Below are positions 38,343 through 51,520 of a stretch of 64,000 bases of DNA, piece by piece; within the stretch, counting starts at the first letter, position 1, and every line of letters begins with the position of its first letter. This stretch comes from Octopus sinensis. Its lineage: Eukaryota. The stretch covers positions 5,146,001 to 5,210,000 of the forward strand of contig NC_043012.1 in the NCBI RefSeq assembly GCF_006345805.1, given 5' to 3'. The notes below the pieces were generated by a model, which worked only from the letters and a program-made list of their open reading frames with translations, was not told the origin of the DNA and searched no databases. The position numbers were made by a program, and so were the translations under genes.

Positions 38343-39659
38343 ATAAAAGCTGCGAAACGATCTTAGTTATATGGATGTCAATCGGTGAAATAATTTATTT
38401 CATCTTATTCTTCCTCTCTTTCTTTATATATCTCGTACTCTCCTAATGAAATAATCATTACTAATCGGATTTCCTGGATTTTAGCTGCATCAGACTATAC
38501 AGTACATCCTTTTGTTTTGCTTTGGTTTACTCTGTAGTTTGTTTCGTGATCCATCAAAGGAGTACTACCGGATTAGTTAAATCCACATATTGTGCATTAG
38601 ATACATTTATATGTGTCCTTGTACGTAAACAACGAACAAGGAAGTGCGAAATCAACACCACATTAATAAAATGATTGGTGCTCATGCAATGCACCAATGG
38701 TTTCGTACTAGACATTAGCTATTATTCAACCGCAGTTTCAATAATACTGTCAGTGCCACCATATTTGTTAATCTGAATGCTTATAAGATGTCAGGCGAGA
38801 TTTCACATAACAACAATACCACAAAGACAAATGATAGTGAAAATAGAAATTGTACTCGTCGTTGTAAAGAGGACAGGATTTTATTTTACGAAAAGGTAAT
38901 CCTCCACATAACGTTTCCCTGAATTCCCCCGTTGAATTTCTTTGAACGGTTATTGAAATTGGATCAGAATTTATTTGTTATATGTTTACATATGTTTATA
39001 AATGTCGTGACTGTGTCGCTTGTCTCAAAACCTTTTACACGGGCACAGCTATGTCCCCTGGTGCGATATATGATTAAAATTCACTTTTAAAATTTCAGGT
39101 GTCTCGTGAAGGGATTTGATTATGGAAGGATACAATTCTAGTATGTCAAATTGTATGAATTCACAGCGAGGTATATCACTAGTAACACTGCACCACATTA
39201 AGGCGGACACAGTATTAATCCACAATGACGAGCAAATGGAATTTAGCATTTTCCTGCAGACTATACGTAACTCATGTTTTACAAGAATTAATTCATCTAC
39301 ATTTGAGATGAATGATATAAATGAATGTTAATTAACTAATTAGAAAATGAATTGCGTACAGTCAGAATAAACATCTCAGATTCCATTGTTCAACTTAAAA
39401 GACATCACTTCTTTTCCTCATAGTGCAAATCTTATATTACCATTAATATTCATGAATTATTTAATTGTATTTCAACTCATACAAAATAAGTGTTGTTTAC
39501 TCTTGCCAAATAATATTTCCCGTTACTATTTTAATCTGATCAGTAAACGCGTTATTTTATATGAAATATTTTTTCTACATTTAACCATTGTTTGTTATAT
39601 TTTCTTAAGAATTATACGAAGACCTGCAACGATAGCTTCGTGGCTCGAGTGTATCTTCC

Positions 39660-40715
39660 ACTATGTATGTATATATGTATGTGCATGTGTATGAATGAAT
39701 ATGTATGTATGCATGTATGTATATACGCAAGAAGGTAGGCAGGTATGTGTGTGTATGTATGTATGCATGTATGTATGTATATATGTATGCATGTATGTAT
39801 GCATGTTTGTATGTATATAGGTAAATATGTGTGTGGTGTGTGTATGTATGTATGCATGTGTGTATGTATGCATGTATGCATGTATGTATGCATGTTTGTA
39901 TTTATGTATATAGGTAAATATGTTTGTGGTATGTGTATGTATGTATGTGTGTATGTATGTATGCATGTATGTATGCGTGTGTGTACGTATGTATGTCATT
40001 GTGCAGTTTTATTTCAAGATTTCTTGCCAATAGAGGAAGAACCGTTTCTTACCTAGATCCAAGTTTCCTCCATTGGAATTTTAACATCAACAACAGGGTA
40101 TTTTTGTTTGTATGTATGTATGTATGTATGTATGTATGTATGTATGTACGCATGCATGTATGTATGTATGTATGTATGTACGTATGTATGTATGTATGTA
40201 TGTATGTATGTATCTATGTATGTATGTATGTATGCATGTATGTATGTATGTATGTATGTATGTATGTATGTGTGCGTGTATGAATGTATGTATGTATGTA
40301 TGTATGTGTGCGTGTATGAATGTATGTATGTATGTATGCATGTATGTATGTATGTATGTACGCATGCATGTATGTATGTATGTATGTGTGCGTGTATGAA
40401 TGTATGTATGTATGTATGCATGTATGTATGTATGTATGTACGCATGCATGTATGTATGTATGTGCAGATTTGTATGTTTTATGTATGTTTTCTCATACAT
40501 TGAGTTTATGTATGTATGTATGCATGCATGTATGTATGAATGTATGTATGCATGCATGTATGTATGTATGTATTTATGTATATATGTATGTATCTATGTA
40601 TGTATGTATGTATGCATGTATGTATGTATGTATGTATGTATGTAGGTATGTATGTATGTATGTATGTATGCATGCATGTATGTATGCATGTATGTATGTA
40701 TGTATGCATGCATGC

Positions 40716-40748
<33 letters not shown>

Positions 40749-40820
40749 TGTATGTATGTATGTATGTATGTATGTATGTATGTATGTATGTGTGCGTGTA
40801 TGAATGTATGTATATATGCA
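39660..40820. repeat. Large (TATG)n array with higher-order repeats
   Basis: 40301-40380 is duplicated exactly at 40381-40460; a further ~90 bp near-duplication lies at 39790-39990. Confidence 0.9.
39997..40510 (-). mobile_element. 5'-truncated copy of the R4/Dong LINE 3' UTR embedded in a (TATG)n array
   Basis: Reverse complement aaaaataccctgttgttgatgttaaaattccaatggaggaaacttggatctagg..ctctattggcaagaaatcttgaaataaaactgcacaatgacatac matches 13870-13985; atgagaaaacatacataaaacatacaaatctgcac matches ~13808-13846. Confidence 0.8.
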
Positions 40821-40910
40821 TGTAGTGACCGAAACAGACGAATTATGACCAGACAAATACATCCGTCTGAATAATGTATTGTAAAACGCAGCTTCGAGCT
40901 GTTTCCTTAC

Positions 40911-40941
40911 CGGACTTGACCAAATGAGTTTCGAAACCCTA
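40911..40941 (-). CDS. Weak candidate small exon (31 nt)
   Basis: Acceptor cattccattgtaattaaccag|T, donor TCCG|gtaagg; open in phase 1 (GFRNSFGQV) and phase 2 (RVSKLIWSSP). Confidence 0.18.
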
Positions 40942-41099
40942 CTGGTTAATTACAATGGAATGAATATCATCTACCAGAGGAACTATCATCCACACTACCA
41001 CCATCGTTTCCATGACTACAACCACCATCGCCAACAACAGCTGCAGGAACGCTGATTACTGGAAGACATTCAGCAACAAACCAATGATAACAACAAAGA

Positions 41100-41580
41100 T
41101 GATAATGCTGGTGATGGTGGTGTTGTTGGTGGCGGTGGTGATGGTGATGGTAGTGGTGGCGGCGGTGTGGTGGTGGGTGGTGGTGGTGGTGGTGGTGGGG
41201 GGGTGCGGTGGTGGTGGTGATGGTGGTGGTGGTGGTGGTGGTGGGTGTGGTGGTGGTGGTGATGGTGGTGGTGGTGGTGGTGGAGCTGATGTTAACGATG
41301 ATGATGATGGTTGTGGTGGTGGTGGTGGTGGTGGTTGTGGTGGTGGTGTTGTTGTTGGTGGCGGTGGTGATGGTGATGGTAGTGGTGGTGGTGGTGGTGG
41401 TGGTGATGGTGGTGGTGGTGATGCTGGTGATGCAGCTAGTGGAGCTGGTGGCAATAATGATTTGGATGATGATGATGGTGATGGTGGTAGTAGTAGTAGT
41501 AGAGTAGTAGTAGTAGTAGTAGTAGTAGTGGCAGCAGCAGCAGCAGTAGCAGCAGTAGTTGTTGTTATTGTTGTTGTTGT
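41100..41580. repeat. GC-rich degenerate (GGT)n grading into (GAT)n/(GTA)n/(GTT)n trinucleotide tract
   Basis: Seen directly; produces poly-G/V/P/T/H ORFs on both strands. Confidence 0.9.
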
Positions 41581-41892
41581 TTGGTAGAAAAACGAACATT
41601 TCAAGTAAAAAAAAAAATGAAAACGTAAAGTGATTGCATAGACGATGACCCGGATGTACATCTTCCCCCTTATCTAAATATCCGATGCAGTCATTTCCTG
41701 TATAAATCCACATTGATAGATTTCTGGGATAAATTAGTTTCCATTGTGACATATGTTATACGATACGTTGTTGTTGTTGTTGTTCTTCTTCTTCTTCTTG
41801 TTGCTTTTGTTTTCTTCTTGTTCTTCCTGTTTTATTCATTCCATCTAGCTTTTGATTCAATAATTAATATAGATTTCGTTGTTGCTTGCTAA

Positions 41893-41926
<34 letters not shown>

Positions 41927-42102
41927 GTGTGTGTGTGTGTGTGTGTGTGTTTGTGTGTGCGTAAATATACATAAATAGCAATACATATAGATATATATAT
42001 ATGTCATATATATGTATTATATGCGTACGCATGCACGCACACACACATATATGTTCACGCACGTGCGCACACACACCCACACACCCACGCACACGCACAC
42101 AC

Positions 42103-42164
<62 letters not shown>

Positions 42165-42473
42165 ACGTGCCTGCACGTGCACACACACACCACACACACA
42201 TATGTACATACATACATATGTGTGTGTATACATACATAGCTATACATATATATTCACGCACACACACACACATATATTTATATGTATAAGTACATATATA
42301 TATATATGTATATTCCTGCACGTGCACACATACCACACACACATATGTACATACATACATAGATACGTGTGTATATAAATGTATGTATATATATATATAA
42401 ACATGCACATACGCACACATGATTTTATACGTACGTCTGTACGTGTGTGTGTGTGTGCGTGTGTGTGTGTGTG

Positions 42474-42506
<33 letters not shown>

Positions 42507-42959
42507 CTATGCACAACTTTGGCTAATATGACTTGTACGAAGTGATTGTCTCGTCTACGTCCTTAAGAGTTTTTGTTTAGTTCAACCTTATCTGCAGACC
42601 TTTCTTTCCTTTTATTTCCTTAAACTTTCTGCCCTTTATCATTTATCATTTCTCAAGACATTGCTATGTTCTCTATTCGTTTCTGATATGACTAAGCCAA
42701 TGTACTTGATTTACACAGCTCTTGTAACATTTCTTTCACTCTTTAAAAACTTGTTTTCATCTCTGCTGAAGTCTCTGGATTTCTCGATATCATGGAGCTA
42801 TATGTCCACTTTATATTGTATCTGTTTTAAAACCCACTAAATAACTTTGTGAGTTTAAACGAGATCTTCTAGAGAAAGGAGTAGCATTTCACTCATAGGG
42901 GCGCTCTATATAACAAAGACTTGGGCTCGTGACTCGAAACAAAAAAGAAAGAGAATTAC

Positions 42960-42970
42960 CATCTTTGGAA
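42960..42970 (-). CDS. Weak candidate 11 nt microexon (TTCCAAAGATG)
   Basis: Strong polypyrimidine tract ttactttctttcaactcttccacttttcaacaaag| followed by donor |gtaatt. Confidence 0.15.
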
Positions 42971-43079
42971 CTTTGTTGAAAAGTGGAAGAGTTGAAAGAA
43001 AGTAACAGAACAGAACAGAACAGCAATGAGCTTGGGAAATAATTTACAGTCGACAATTTTGTACAAAACAAAGATTATA

Positions 43080-43222
43080 CAGTTCTATATTTAAAAGATG
43101 AGGAATCATGTACATTATTTACATTATTTACATTTGGCGGATATTTGTCCTCATCTTGTTTACTGTTAACTCAAACAAGATGAGGACAAATATCCGTCAA
43201 ATGTAAATAATTTAAATAATGC
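43080..43222. repeat. Penelope-like terminal-repeat hairpin, ~49 bp stem
   Basis: cattatttacattatttacatttggcggatatttgtcctcatcttgttt pairs with aaacaagatgaggacaaatatccgtcaaatgtaaataatttaaataatg (2 mismatches, 11 nt loop); homologous to 12130-12250. Confidence 0.8.
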
Positions 43223-43475
43223 ACAAAAAGATGTCGAACGTGTGGTGGGATCCAGGTAAAATTACATTCGTACGCATGCATTCACATCTGCGCACACATA
43301 GATATATACACACACGTACATATGCACATACAGTTATGCAAGCCCACATGCACGCGCACGCACCCATACACAAATTCACATGCACCCCACAAATGCGCGA
43401 ATGCATGCGGTCAATACAAATTACCAAACAGATTGCAGCTTACTAACGTAGGGCAGCTGTAATATGAAAAAAATA

Positions 43476-43897
43476 TTCTTTTCTACTCTAGGCACAAGGC
43501 CCGAATTTTTTTTTTTTTTTTTTTTTGTTTTTGTGGAGTGGGGTAGTTGATCAGATCGGCCCCAGTACCCTGTCTGAAAGGATGAAAGGCTAAGTCGACC
43601 TCGGCGGAATTTGAACTCAGAACGTAAAGACAGACGAAATACTGCTCAGCATTTCGCCCAACGTACTAAAGTTTCTTATTTCTTTACTGCTACACACAGA
43701 GAGGACAAACAAGATCAGGCAAACGGATTAAGTCGGTTATATCGACCCCAGTGCGTTACTGGTACTTATTTAATCGACCCCGAAAGGATGAAAGACAAAG
43801 TCGACCTCGGCGGAATTTGAACTCACAACGTAGCGGCAGACGAAATACTGCTAAGCATTTCGCCCGGCGTGCTAACGATTCTGCCACCTCGCCGCCT
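43476..43897 (-). mobile_element. SINE type B head-to-tail dimer
   Basis: Same architecture and junction (aaagtttct|tatttctttact) as 24511-24933. Confidence 0.9.
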
Positions 43898-43940
43898 TAG
43901 AAAAGACAAAAATATTGAAACCGAACAACGTCATTTATAA

Positions 43941-44254
43941 CTGGTTCTCAGTCAGTTACGACGATGAGTGATCCAGTTGATCTGGAGCAGCCTGCTTGTG
44001 AAATTAACGTGTAAGTGGCTGAGTACTCCACAAGCACGCATACTCTTAATGCAGCTCTGAGAGATTCAGCGTGACACAGAATGTGACAAGGATGTCCCTC
44101 TGAAATACTCTTTTTTTTTTTTGCCAGTTGAATGTACTGGAGCAATGTGAAATAAAATGTCTTGCTCACAGACACAACGCGCCGCCGTGAATCGAACTCA
44201 CGACCTTAGGATCGTGACTGGAATACCTATTGCCACTAAGCCACGCACCTTCAC
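43941..44254 (-). mobile_element. CORE-like SINE type C
   Basis: Reverse complement head gtgaaggtgcgtggcttagtgg, B box gagttcgattc, core tgtgtctgtgagcaagacattttatttcac. Confidence 0.85.
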
Positions 44255-44865
44255 ACGTCACTCGTAAAAAGGAAAATAACTACCATATTGTCGTTGGCGT
44301 TATCTAACATTTGCTTTGTTGAGAAACAAAATTAACTCTAGGTTAGGTATATTAGAAATGTATAGGGCTGGCCAAACGTCACCCGACAGTAGATCAAGCT
44401 ACCATGAATACAATCTGTAATTCTGTATTGACTTGAATGGAAAAATGTCTCGCTCAAGAAGGACTTCGGTTTGAACAATTTTCATGATGTTTCTTCTTTA
44501 GATGCTTATATTAAATCCATTCAGCTGTTAAACATAAATAAATCTTGGAATGAAATGGTTTTGATTTACTGTCAGGTGACTTTTGGCCAACCGTGTATAT
44601 AAACTTAAGATAACTGACTAGCGGCCATAAGTCAAGTAACCACATTCATTTATAATTAATCGAAAATAGAACTATTTCACTCAAGCAAAATAATATTGAA
44701 TTGGAAAAAGAATATGATTCTTCTGTAAAAATAAAAAAAAGATAATTGTTTAGTAGAAATCAATTAACAAGTCATAATTATTTAGATTCTTACAGGCACT
44801 AATATTAATATGTGTGTGTGTGTGTCTGTATGTTTTGTGTGTGTGTGTGTGTATGTGTGTGTGTA

Positions 44866-44944
<79 letters not shown>

Positions 44945-45374
44945 TTCAAATCTCTTTACTCATCTATAGAGGGAACGTCTCTGAAACTTCTTTTAATTAT
45001 ATTTTCAAATAACCGTTATAGCCTTTAGTTATAGTTAATACCTAACTGGACTCTCATCTCTTTTTCTCGTAAGGATAAATATGATTCTTCTAGATTTTAT
45101 TCTGCTATTTTCTTTCTGATGTACTTTGTAAAAATTTTGAAATGCACTTCTTGCACTGAAGAGTACATTTATATATAATTAATTTAAATAATTTAAAAAA
45201 TTAAATTTAATTCAATTCAACCATGAATTTGCATAATTTTTATATCGCTGACAAAACGATCGTCTGCATGAATTAAAATCCTCTTATATATTTTAACATC
45301 TCTTCTCCATTTTTAACTAAATTGTTGAGTTTTGTGGGATTTCTTTCCATAAATTCACAACACATCATATATAA

Positions 45375-45409
<35 letters not shown>

Positions 45410-45411
45410 TG

Positions 45412-45598
45412 TTTTCCCGCCACCATCGCTTGACAACCGATGCTGGTGTGTTTACATCCCCGAAAATTGCTGTTCGGCAAAAGAGACTGATAGAATAAGT
45501 ACTAGGCTTGTAAAAGAATAAGTCTTGGGGTCAATTTGTACGACTAAAGGCGGTGTTCCAGGATGGCCGCAGTCAAATGACTGAAACAAATCAAGGAA
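45412..45598 (+). mobile_element. SINE type A 3' half
   Basis: caccatcgcttgacaaccgatgctggtgtgtttac..gactaaaggcggtgttccaggatggccgcagtcaaatgactgaaac. Confidence 0.85.
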
Positions 45599-46126
45599 TT
45601 AAAGAATATATAATGTATTAGACATCGACCAACGTTAACAAACAAAAGCTTTGTAGGGTTTGAACGAGCTGTTTTCCTTTGAAGTGTCTTATATCTTGAA
45701 ACAGGTCGTATGAAATCACTTTTATGCTCTTTTGGGAACTCTTCGGAATCTTCATGGGATAATTTGTTCAAATGCATAAATTACTATTCTGAATGACACG
45801 ACATTTTAAAATGATCTTTAAAAAGGCTACAAAAGCTGGAAGTGCAATTTATTTTCAGAAAATCTACCAAGTCTAAGTTCCTCCGATTCGTGGCGACTAC
45901 AAAGCGAATTAACAGGAAACATTTAACAGTTCCTTATCTCTAGCTCTTTCACCCATTTCTTAGTTTCTTTCTAGTTTCTTTTTTTCTTTTTAGACGATTA
46001 AACTTTTAAAATAGTCTTTTCCGCCTCCTTCTTTCTTCTGCTCCTTCTTCTTCGTTACTATTCCATCGTATTCTATTTCTCTTTCTCTCTCACTCATCTC
46101 TCTCTATTTATCTATTTATTTATTTA

Positions 46127-46170
<44 letters not shown>

Positions 46171-46330
46171 ATTGCAATTGGCATCCATATGAATAGAAAC
46201 ATATGCACAGCATACGCATCCCTATATACTATATATAAAGTGTATATACATACATACATTCACAAACTCTCTCACACACATATGCATACATATATATACA
46301 TACACAAACACACATATTTATATATATATA

Positions 46331-46432
<102 letters not shown>

Positions 46433-47529
46433 AACCATATGATTAAAGAATCTCAATGTATTTGGAATTTGAAGATTCTTATATTTATCAAAGAATGCTT
46501 TAGATTTTGCAAACTCTTTTCTCCAATTTCTTAGTTCTGCAGAATAAATATTTTCAGTATCGTAATATTTGCAGTGGAGAGAAATAAAAGCAAAAACAAA
46601 CAGATAAAAGAAAAAAAAAGAGAAAAAAATCTTTGAAATGCGTCGATGTTGCGGGAAGTATGAGAGAGAGGAAGGTGGATATCCATGTTTGCGAAGTTGC
46701 TTTTAAAGAACGGTTCTGTTTGATTATAGATTGCAGCTCACCAAGTGAGGCCTCTATTTAGATATACAAACTTCAATCACTTGTTCGGTTCGTTATGAAG
46801 TCATATAAAAGAGATATATTATTGATGTCGCGATTTTAAACACGGTTTATTAGTTTACATTAGGGTATTAATAAGACTACATTTGTTAAAATGTAGTCTC
46901 GCAGATTTGTATTTCTTTAGCGGTAAACGATAAGGTAATTGAAAATAGAATTAAATTAATTCAAAGATATTCAGTTAATTGAGATGCTAGCCAAATTATA
47001 TAAAATGCCTTACCAAGTTATTATCAAAGAACAGTTGTAATAAGGATTAGCGATGTAATAAGGATTAGCGATGTAAGTTTCACGGATTAAAGTTTCAAAA
47101 GTATAATGATATGTTGATAGAAATCATAATTAAATTAATTCTAAGATAACTCAGCTGATTAAAATCAAAACAAATTTATCCGAAATAACCTTAATTAGCT
47201 CGGAGGAGTGGAGACGAGCGGAATAGTTCGTCTCTGAACTAATTTATCAAGATTTATAGAATTTATATGACGTATTAATCAGTGGCGGCTGTGTGGTTAC
47301 AAATTTCTCTTTGCAGTCACGTGGGCTCGGGTTCAGTCCCCTACAGCATGGTAGCTTGTCACATTGTAGTTACAGACAGACCTATGCCTTTTGAAAAATT
47401 TTTAGTAGACGGAAAATGTGTGAAAGCTCATCGAAACCATAATGATATCCGTGGAGGCAGCTGATGATGGACGTATGTTGGAATTGTGGAATAGTATTAT
47501 AACACATCCTTTTCATATATATATATATA

Positions 47530-47880
47530 TAGGCGTAGGAATGGCTGTGTGGTAAGTAGCTTGCTTACGAACCACATGGTTCCGGGTTCAGTCCCACTGC
47601 GTGGCACCTTCGGCAAGTATCTTCTACTATAGCGACAAGCCGACCAAAAACTTGTGAGTGGATTTGGTAGACGGAAATGAAAGAAGCCCGTCGTATATAT
47701 GTATATATATATTTATGTATATGTGTGTGTATGTGTTTGTGTATCTGTGTTTGTCCCCCCACCCTCAACATCGCATGACAACCGATGCCCGTGTGTTTAC
47801 GACCCGTATCTTTGCTCCACTAAAGGCGGTGCTCCGGCATGGCCATAGTCACATGGACGGAAACAAGTAAAAGAGAAAAG
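47530..47880 (+). mobile_element. SINE type A, near full length
   Basis: A box TGGCTGTGTGG, B box GGTTCAGTCCC, tail gctccggcatggccatagtc..gaaacaagtaaaag. Confidence 0.9.
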
Positions 47881-47949
47881 ATTATATATAGATATATATA
47901 TATATATATATTATATATATTATATAATTATATATACATGGCCAAATGA

Positions 47950-48285
47950 AAGCGGAAGATGGAATATTACGAGAATTTACTATTAATCACGACAATTGTT
48001 TCGACACATTCTAGCATCGATCCCTCACGGGTAGGACACTCAACAACTGTTTCAGGAGCATCCGGCGGTGGAGATGTATCGTATCGGGAGATAAATAGGC
48101 ACAACTCGTTAAGATAATAATTCCGGAATGTAACTTCTCGTTTTGTTGAAAGAAAAGCAGCCAGACGGAGGAAATATCTTTATTTACATAGAAGATCAAA
48201 AATAAAATCGCAGAGAGACTGATGCTAGATGTGTCGAAACAATCGTCGTGATTAATGATAAATTCTCGTATATTCCACCTTACGT
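47950..48285. mobile_element. Inverted-repeat element flanked by (TA)n; each arm carries a half hammerhead
   Basis: Arms 47959-48018 and 48221-48277 are reverse complements; each reads GAUGC[loop]GUGUC-GAAAC-AAU(U/C)-GUC^GUG with no CUGANGA upstream. Confidence 0.6.
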
Positions 48286-48368
48286 CTTTTATCTAAAATA
48301 GCATAACGAACATTGTGAAAGTGAACGCGCTTACCAGTAAGTACCAGGTGTAAACCATTCGTTTTATT

Positions 48369-48408
<40 letters not shown>

Positions 48409-48414
48409 CGTTAT

Positions 48415-48462
<48 letters not shown>

Positions 48463-48572
48463 TATACATATATAGTATATAAATATATATATATATCATA
48501 TTATATATATATATATAGATATAATATATATAATATATATAAATAATATATATATATATATATATACTTATA

Positions 48573-48605
<33 letters not shown>

Positions 48606-48610
48606 TATAT

Positions 48611-48985
48611 AATATGAATTAGAGAAAACCACTATTATGCAATTCAAACAATGATAGATATAAACCAAATCGTAAATAATAAATAAAAATATATTTTTAA
48701 AACATATAACTAGATCACTAGATCACAAAAAGTACAAAAACAATCAATTTATTACTTATTATATATTGTTTATTAATTGTTATACTTTTTGTGATCTAGT
48801 TTTAAAAAAATATAGTTTATTTTTTATTTATGATTTGGTTTATGTCTATCATTATTTGAATTGCATAATAGTGGTTTTTTCTCTAATCTATATATTATAT
48901 AAATCCTTAAAATATATTTATATTGTGAAATTTGATTTAATACTAAATTGAATTTTCCCCTGTAAGTTTGAAGCTATACTCCCTA
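48611..48985. mobile_element. Penelope-like inverted terminal-repeat element related to 29290-29660
   Basis: Arms ~48611-48745 and ~48770-48890 are inverted; the right arm continues to ..cctgtaagtttgaagctatactccct followed by an (ATT)n tail. Confidence 0.6.
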
Positions 48986-48988
48986 TTA

Positions 48989-49051
<63 letters not shown>

Positions 49052-49928
49052 TATATGTATTATGTAGGTATGTATGTATGTATGTATGTATGTATGTATG
49101 TATGTATGTATGTATGTATGTATGTATGTATGTATGACTGTGCATATCTTTGTATTTATAAATTTGTGCCTCCCCCACTCACCACACATACGCCATTGCT
49201 TGACAACCGTTGTTGGTTTGCTTATAATCGCATAACATAGAATGAGAGTGACGCACTTGAGGAGACTGCATCCTTTGAATTAGAGGCACAAGCTGGCCGA
49301 TGAGCTTCTATACAGGTTCCGTCTCACAAATTTTCACCCACCATCCTTAAATCCAAAGCTTTAAGGAATGACACTTGTATGTTTAAGATTTGTTACAAAA
49401 TCTTCACCGATATAGAAATAATCATCTCCAGTCAGGAAAGGAGTCTCTATCATACTGCTAAAAATAGCAGCCAAATCTCCTGTAAATCAGTTTCTAATGT
49501 CTTAACTTTAGACAAGACATAGAGGGTAATGTAACGATAAAGTGAGGGTTACTTTTAAAATAATTCTGCTCATTGATCTACTCAAAGATAGCAGCTAGCA
49601 TGTAGTTAAACAGCGATTACAACAACAGCAATGACAACAACAACAACAACCGCTATATGTACACAACATCTTGTTCTGTAAATAAAAGAGACTGAAGTAA
49701 TTCCATACCAATGGATCTTGGAAACACGACATTGTTTATATGATCAATCTCCATCTCCAACCTCTTCACAAATTTTCATATCACAATATAAATATTCACA
49801 ATCATGGAGTTTTAATACTGCAGACAAAAATTTTGGCAGGTGAAGAACATAATTAATATTCCTGTGTTGGGTCTTAACAACAATATTGACACACACATAT
49901 ATATATAATGTATGTGTGTGTGACTATG

Positions 49929-50010
<82 letters not shown>

Positions 50011-50049
50011 CATACATACATACATACATACATAACACATATATATATA

Positions 50050-50138
<89 letters not shown>

Positions 50139-50756
50139 CAGAGCACCTTTTCTATGGAGCGGTGTACTGTGCTAAAGACAGACAACAATATTTAATTTCC
50201 GGATTATTTACCGACTGCAAATACCGCAATTGTATTTATTTGGTTCTTCTAAACTTTATAACCTTTATTTTTCATTAGAGCAAATACATGGAAGCCAAGC
50301 TTTAATGAATTAAAACTAATTCCTTTAATTCTACTATCCAAACATAAAGTATATATTTGGCAATGACTACTTGGAGCATAATAGCAAACGAACAAGCCAT
50401 CCAAAAGTAATTGCTAATTAGCAATCGCTAACAACATCATCAGCTGGATGTTCCGAATTGCCGGCTAATTAAATGAAACGCACATGAAAGGTCATAACGA
50501 TGTGCTTGTGTATATCCCAACGGAGACAATAGAGTGGTTGGGGGTTTTGTTTGATTAACGCTTAGAGATCAAGAGAAGATGAAGAGACAGAGATAGAGAG
50601 AAGGTGTAGGAGGGGAATTGAGTTTACGACTTTTGGCAGTTGATTCCGAAGGAAATGTGTTTCATTGATTCTCCAGAAAACTAAAACATTACTGTTTCAA
50701 GCGACGATAGTTCCTAACAGGGTAAACTTTGTGTGTGAGCGTCAGTATATGCACAA

Positions 50757-50843
<87 letters not shown>

Positions 50844-50949
50844 CATACATACATACATACATACATACATACATACATACATAGATGGATATATAAATAC
50901 ATATACTTATATATATATATATATATATGTATACACACACACACACAAA

Positions 50950-50995
<46 letters not shown>

Positions 50996-51149
50996 CATAT
51001 ATAATACAAAATGGGACAACAAAGCATCCAGATAGCTGCGTACGTACACTTTAGTTTCTAATATATATATATATATAAATCCTTAAATCCTTAAAAATGT
51101 TTCAGCCGGAGGCTGCGGCCATGCTGGAACACTACCGTTGAATGAGCTA

Positions 51150-51520
51150 CACTAGTATGTGAAACCACCTCTGATACGTGACACTTGATCAACAAGGGAG
51201 TTCGATGCCGCTGCCCACATCTGTGTTTCCTGCCGAGAGGTAGGTTCATCTGGGACCCCTGACAAAAAGAAATCCTGTTTACTTTTAAAGAAACCCACAT
51301 CCACACCATGCAGGTCTCTCAGGCATTTAGGAAGGATATTGAAGAGCTATGGTCCTCTGAAACCCAAGCTGTTGCAGTATCTGGTCCTGTATTTTGATGG
51401 TGATGTTGGGATCTTTGGCACCATGCAGTGGCTCCCTGTTCTGCTGTTGGGGTAACTTTGAATGCCAAAGTTTAGGACAAGACCCTCCAGGATTTTCCAG
51501 ATGTATATCACTGCATATAT
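51150..51520 (-). mobile_element. CR1-like LINE 3' end
   Basis: VIYIWKILEGLV..RTRYCNSLGFRGP*LFNILPKCLRDLHGVDVGFFKSKQDFFLSGVPDEP, a typical CR1-group ORF2 C-terminus. Confidence 0.8.

Noticed and set aside
41650-41697. 48 nt minus-strand frame GNDCIGYLDKGEDVHP
   Set aside because: Donor gtcatc is poor, and its phase conflicts with the preferred exon chain.
40967-41752. Long poly-Gly/Pro/Thr/His ORFs on both strands
   Set aside because: Produced by the (GGT)n trinucleotide tract and open in several frames at once; no non-repetitive domain.
47036-47076. 18 bp tandem duplication tgtaataaggattagcga
   Set aside because: Ordinary local slippage duplication.
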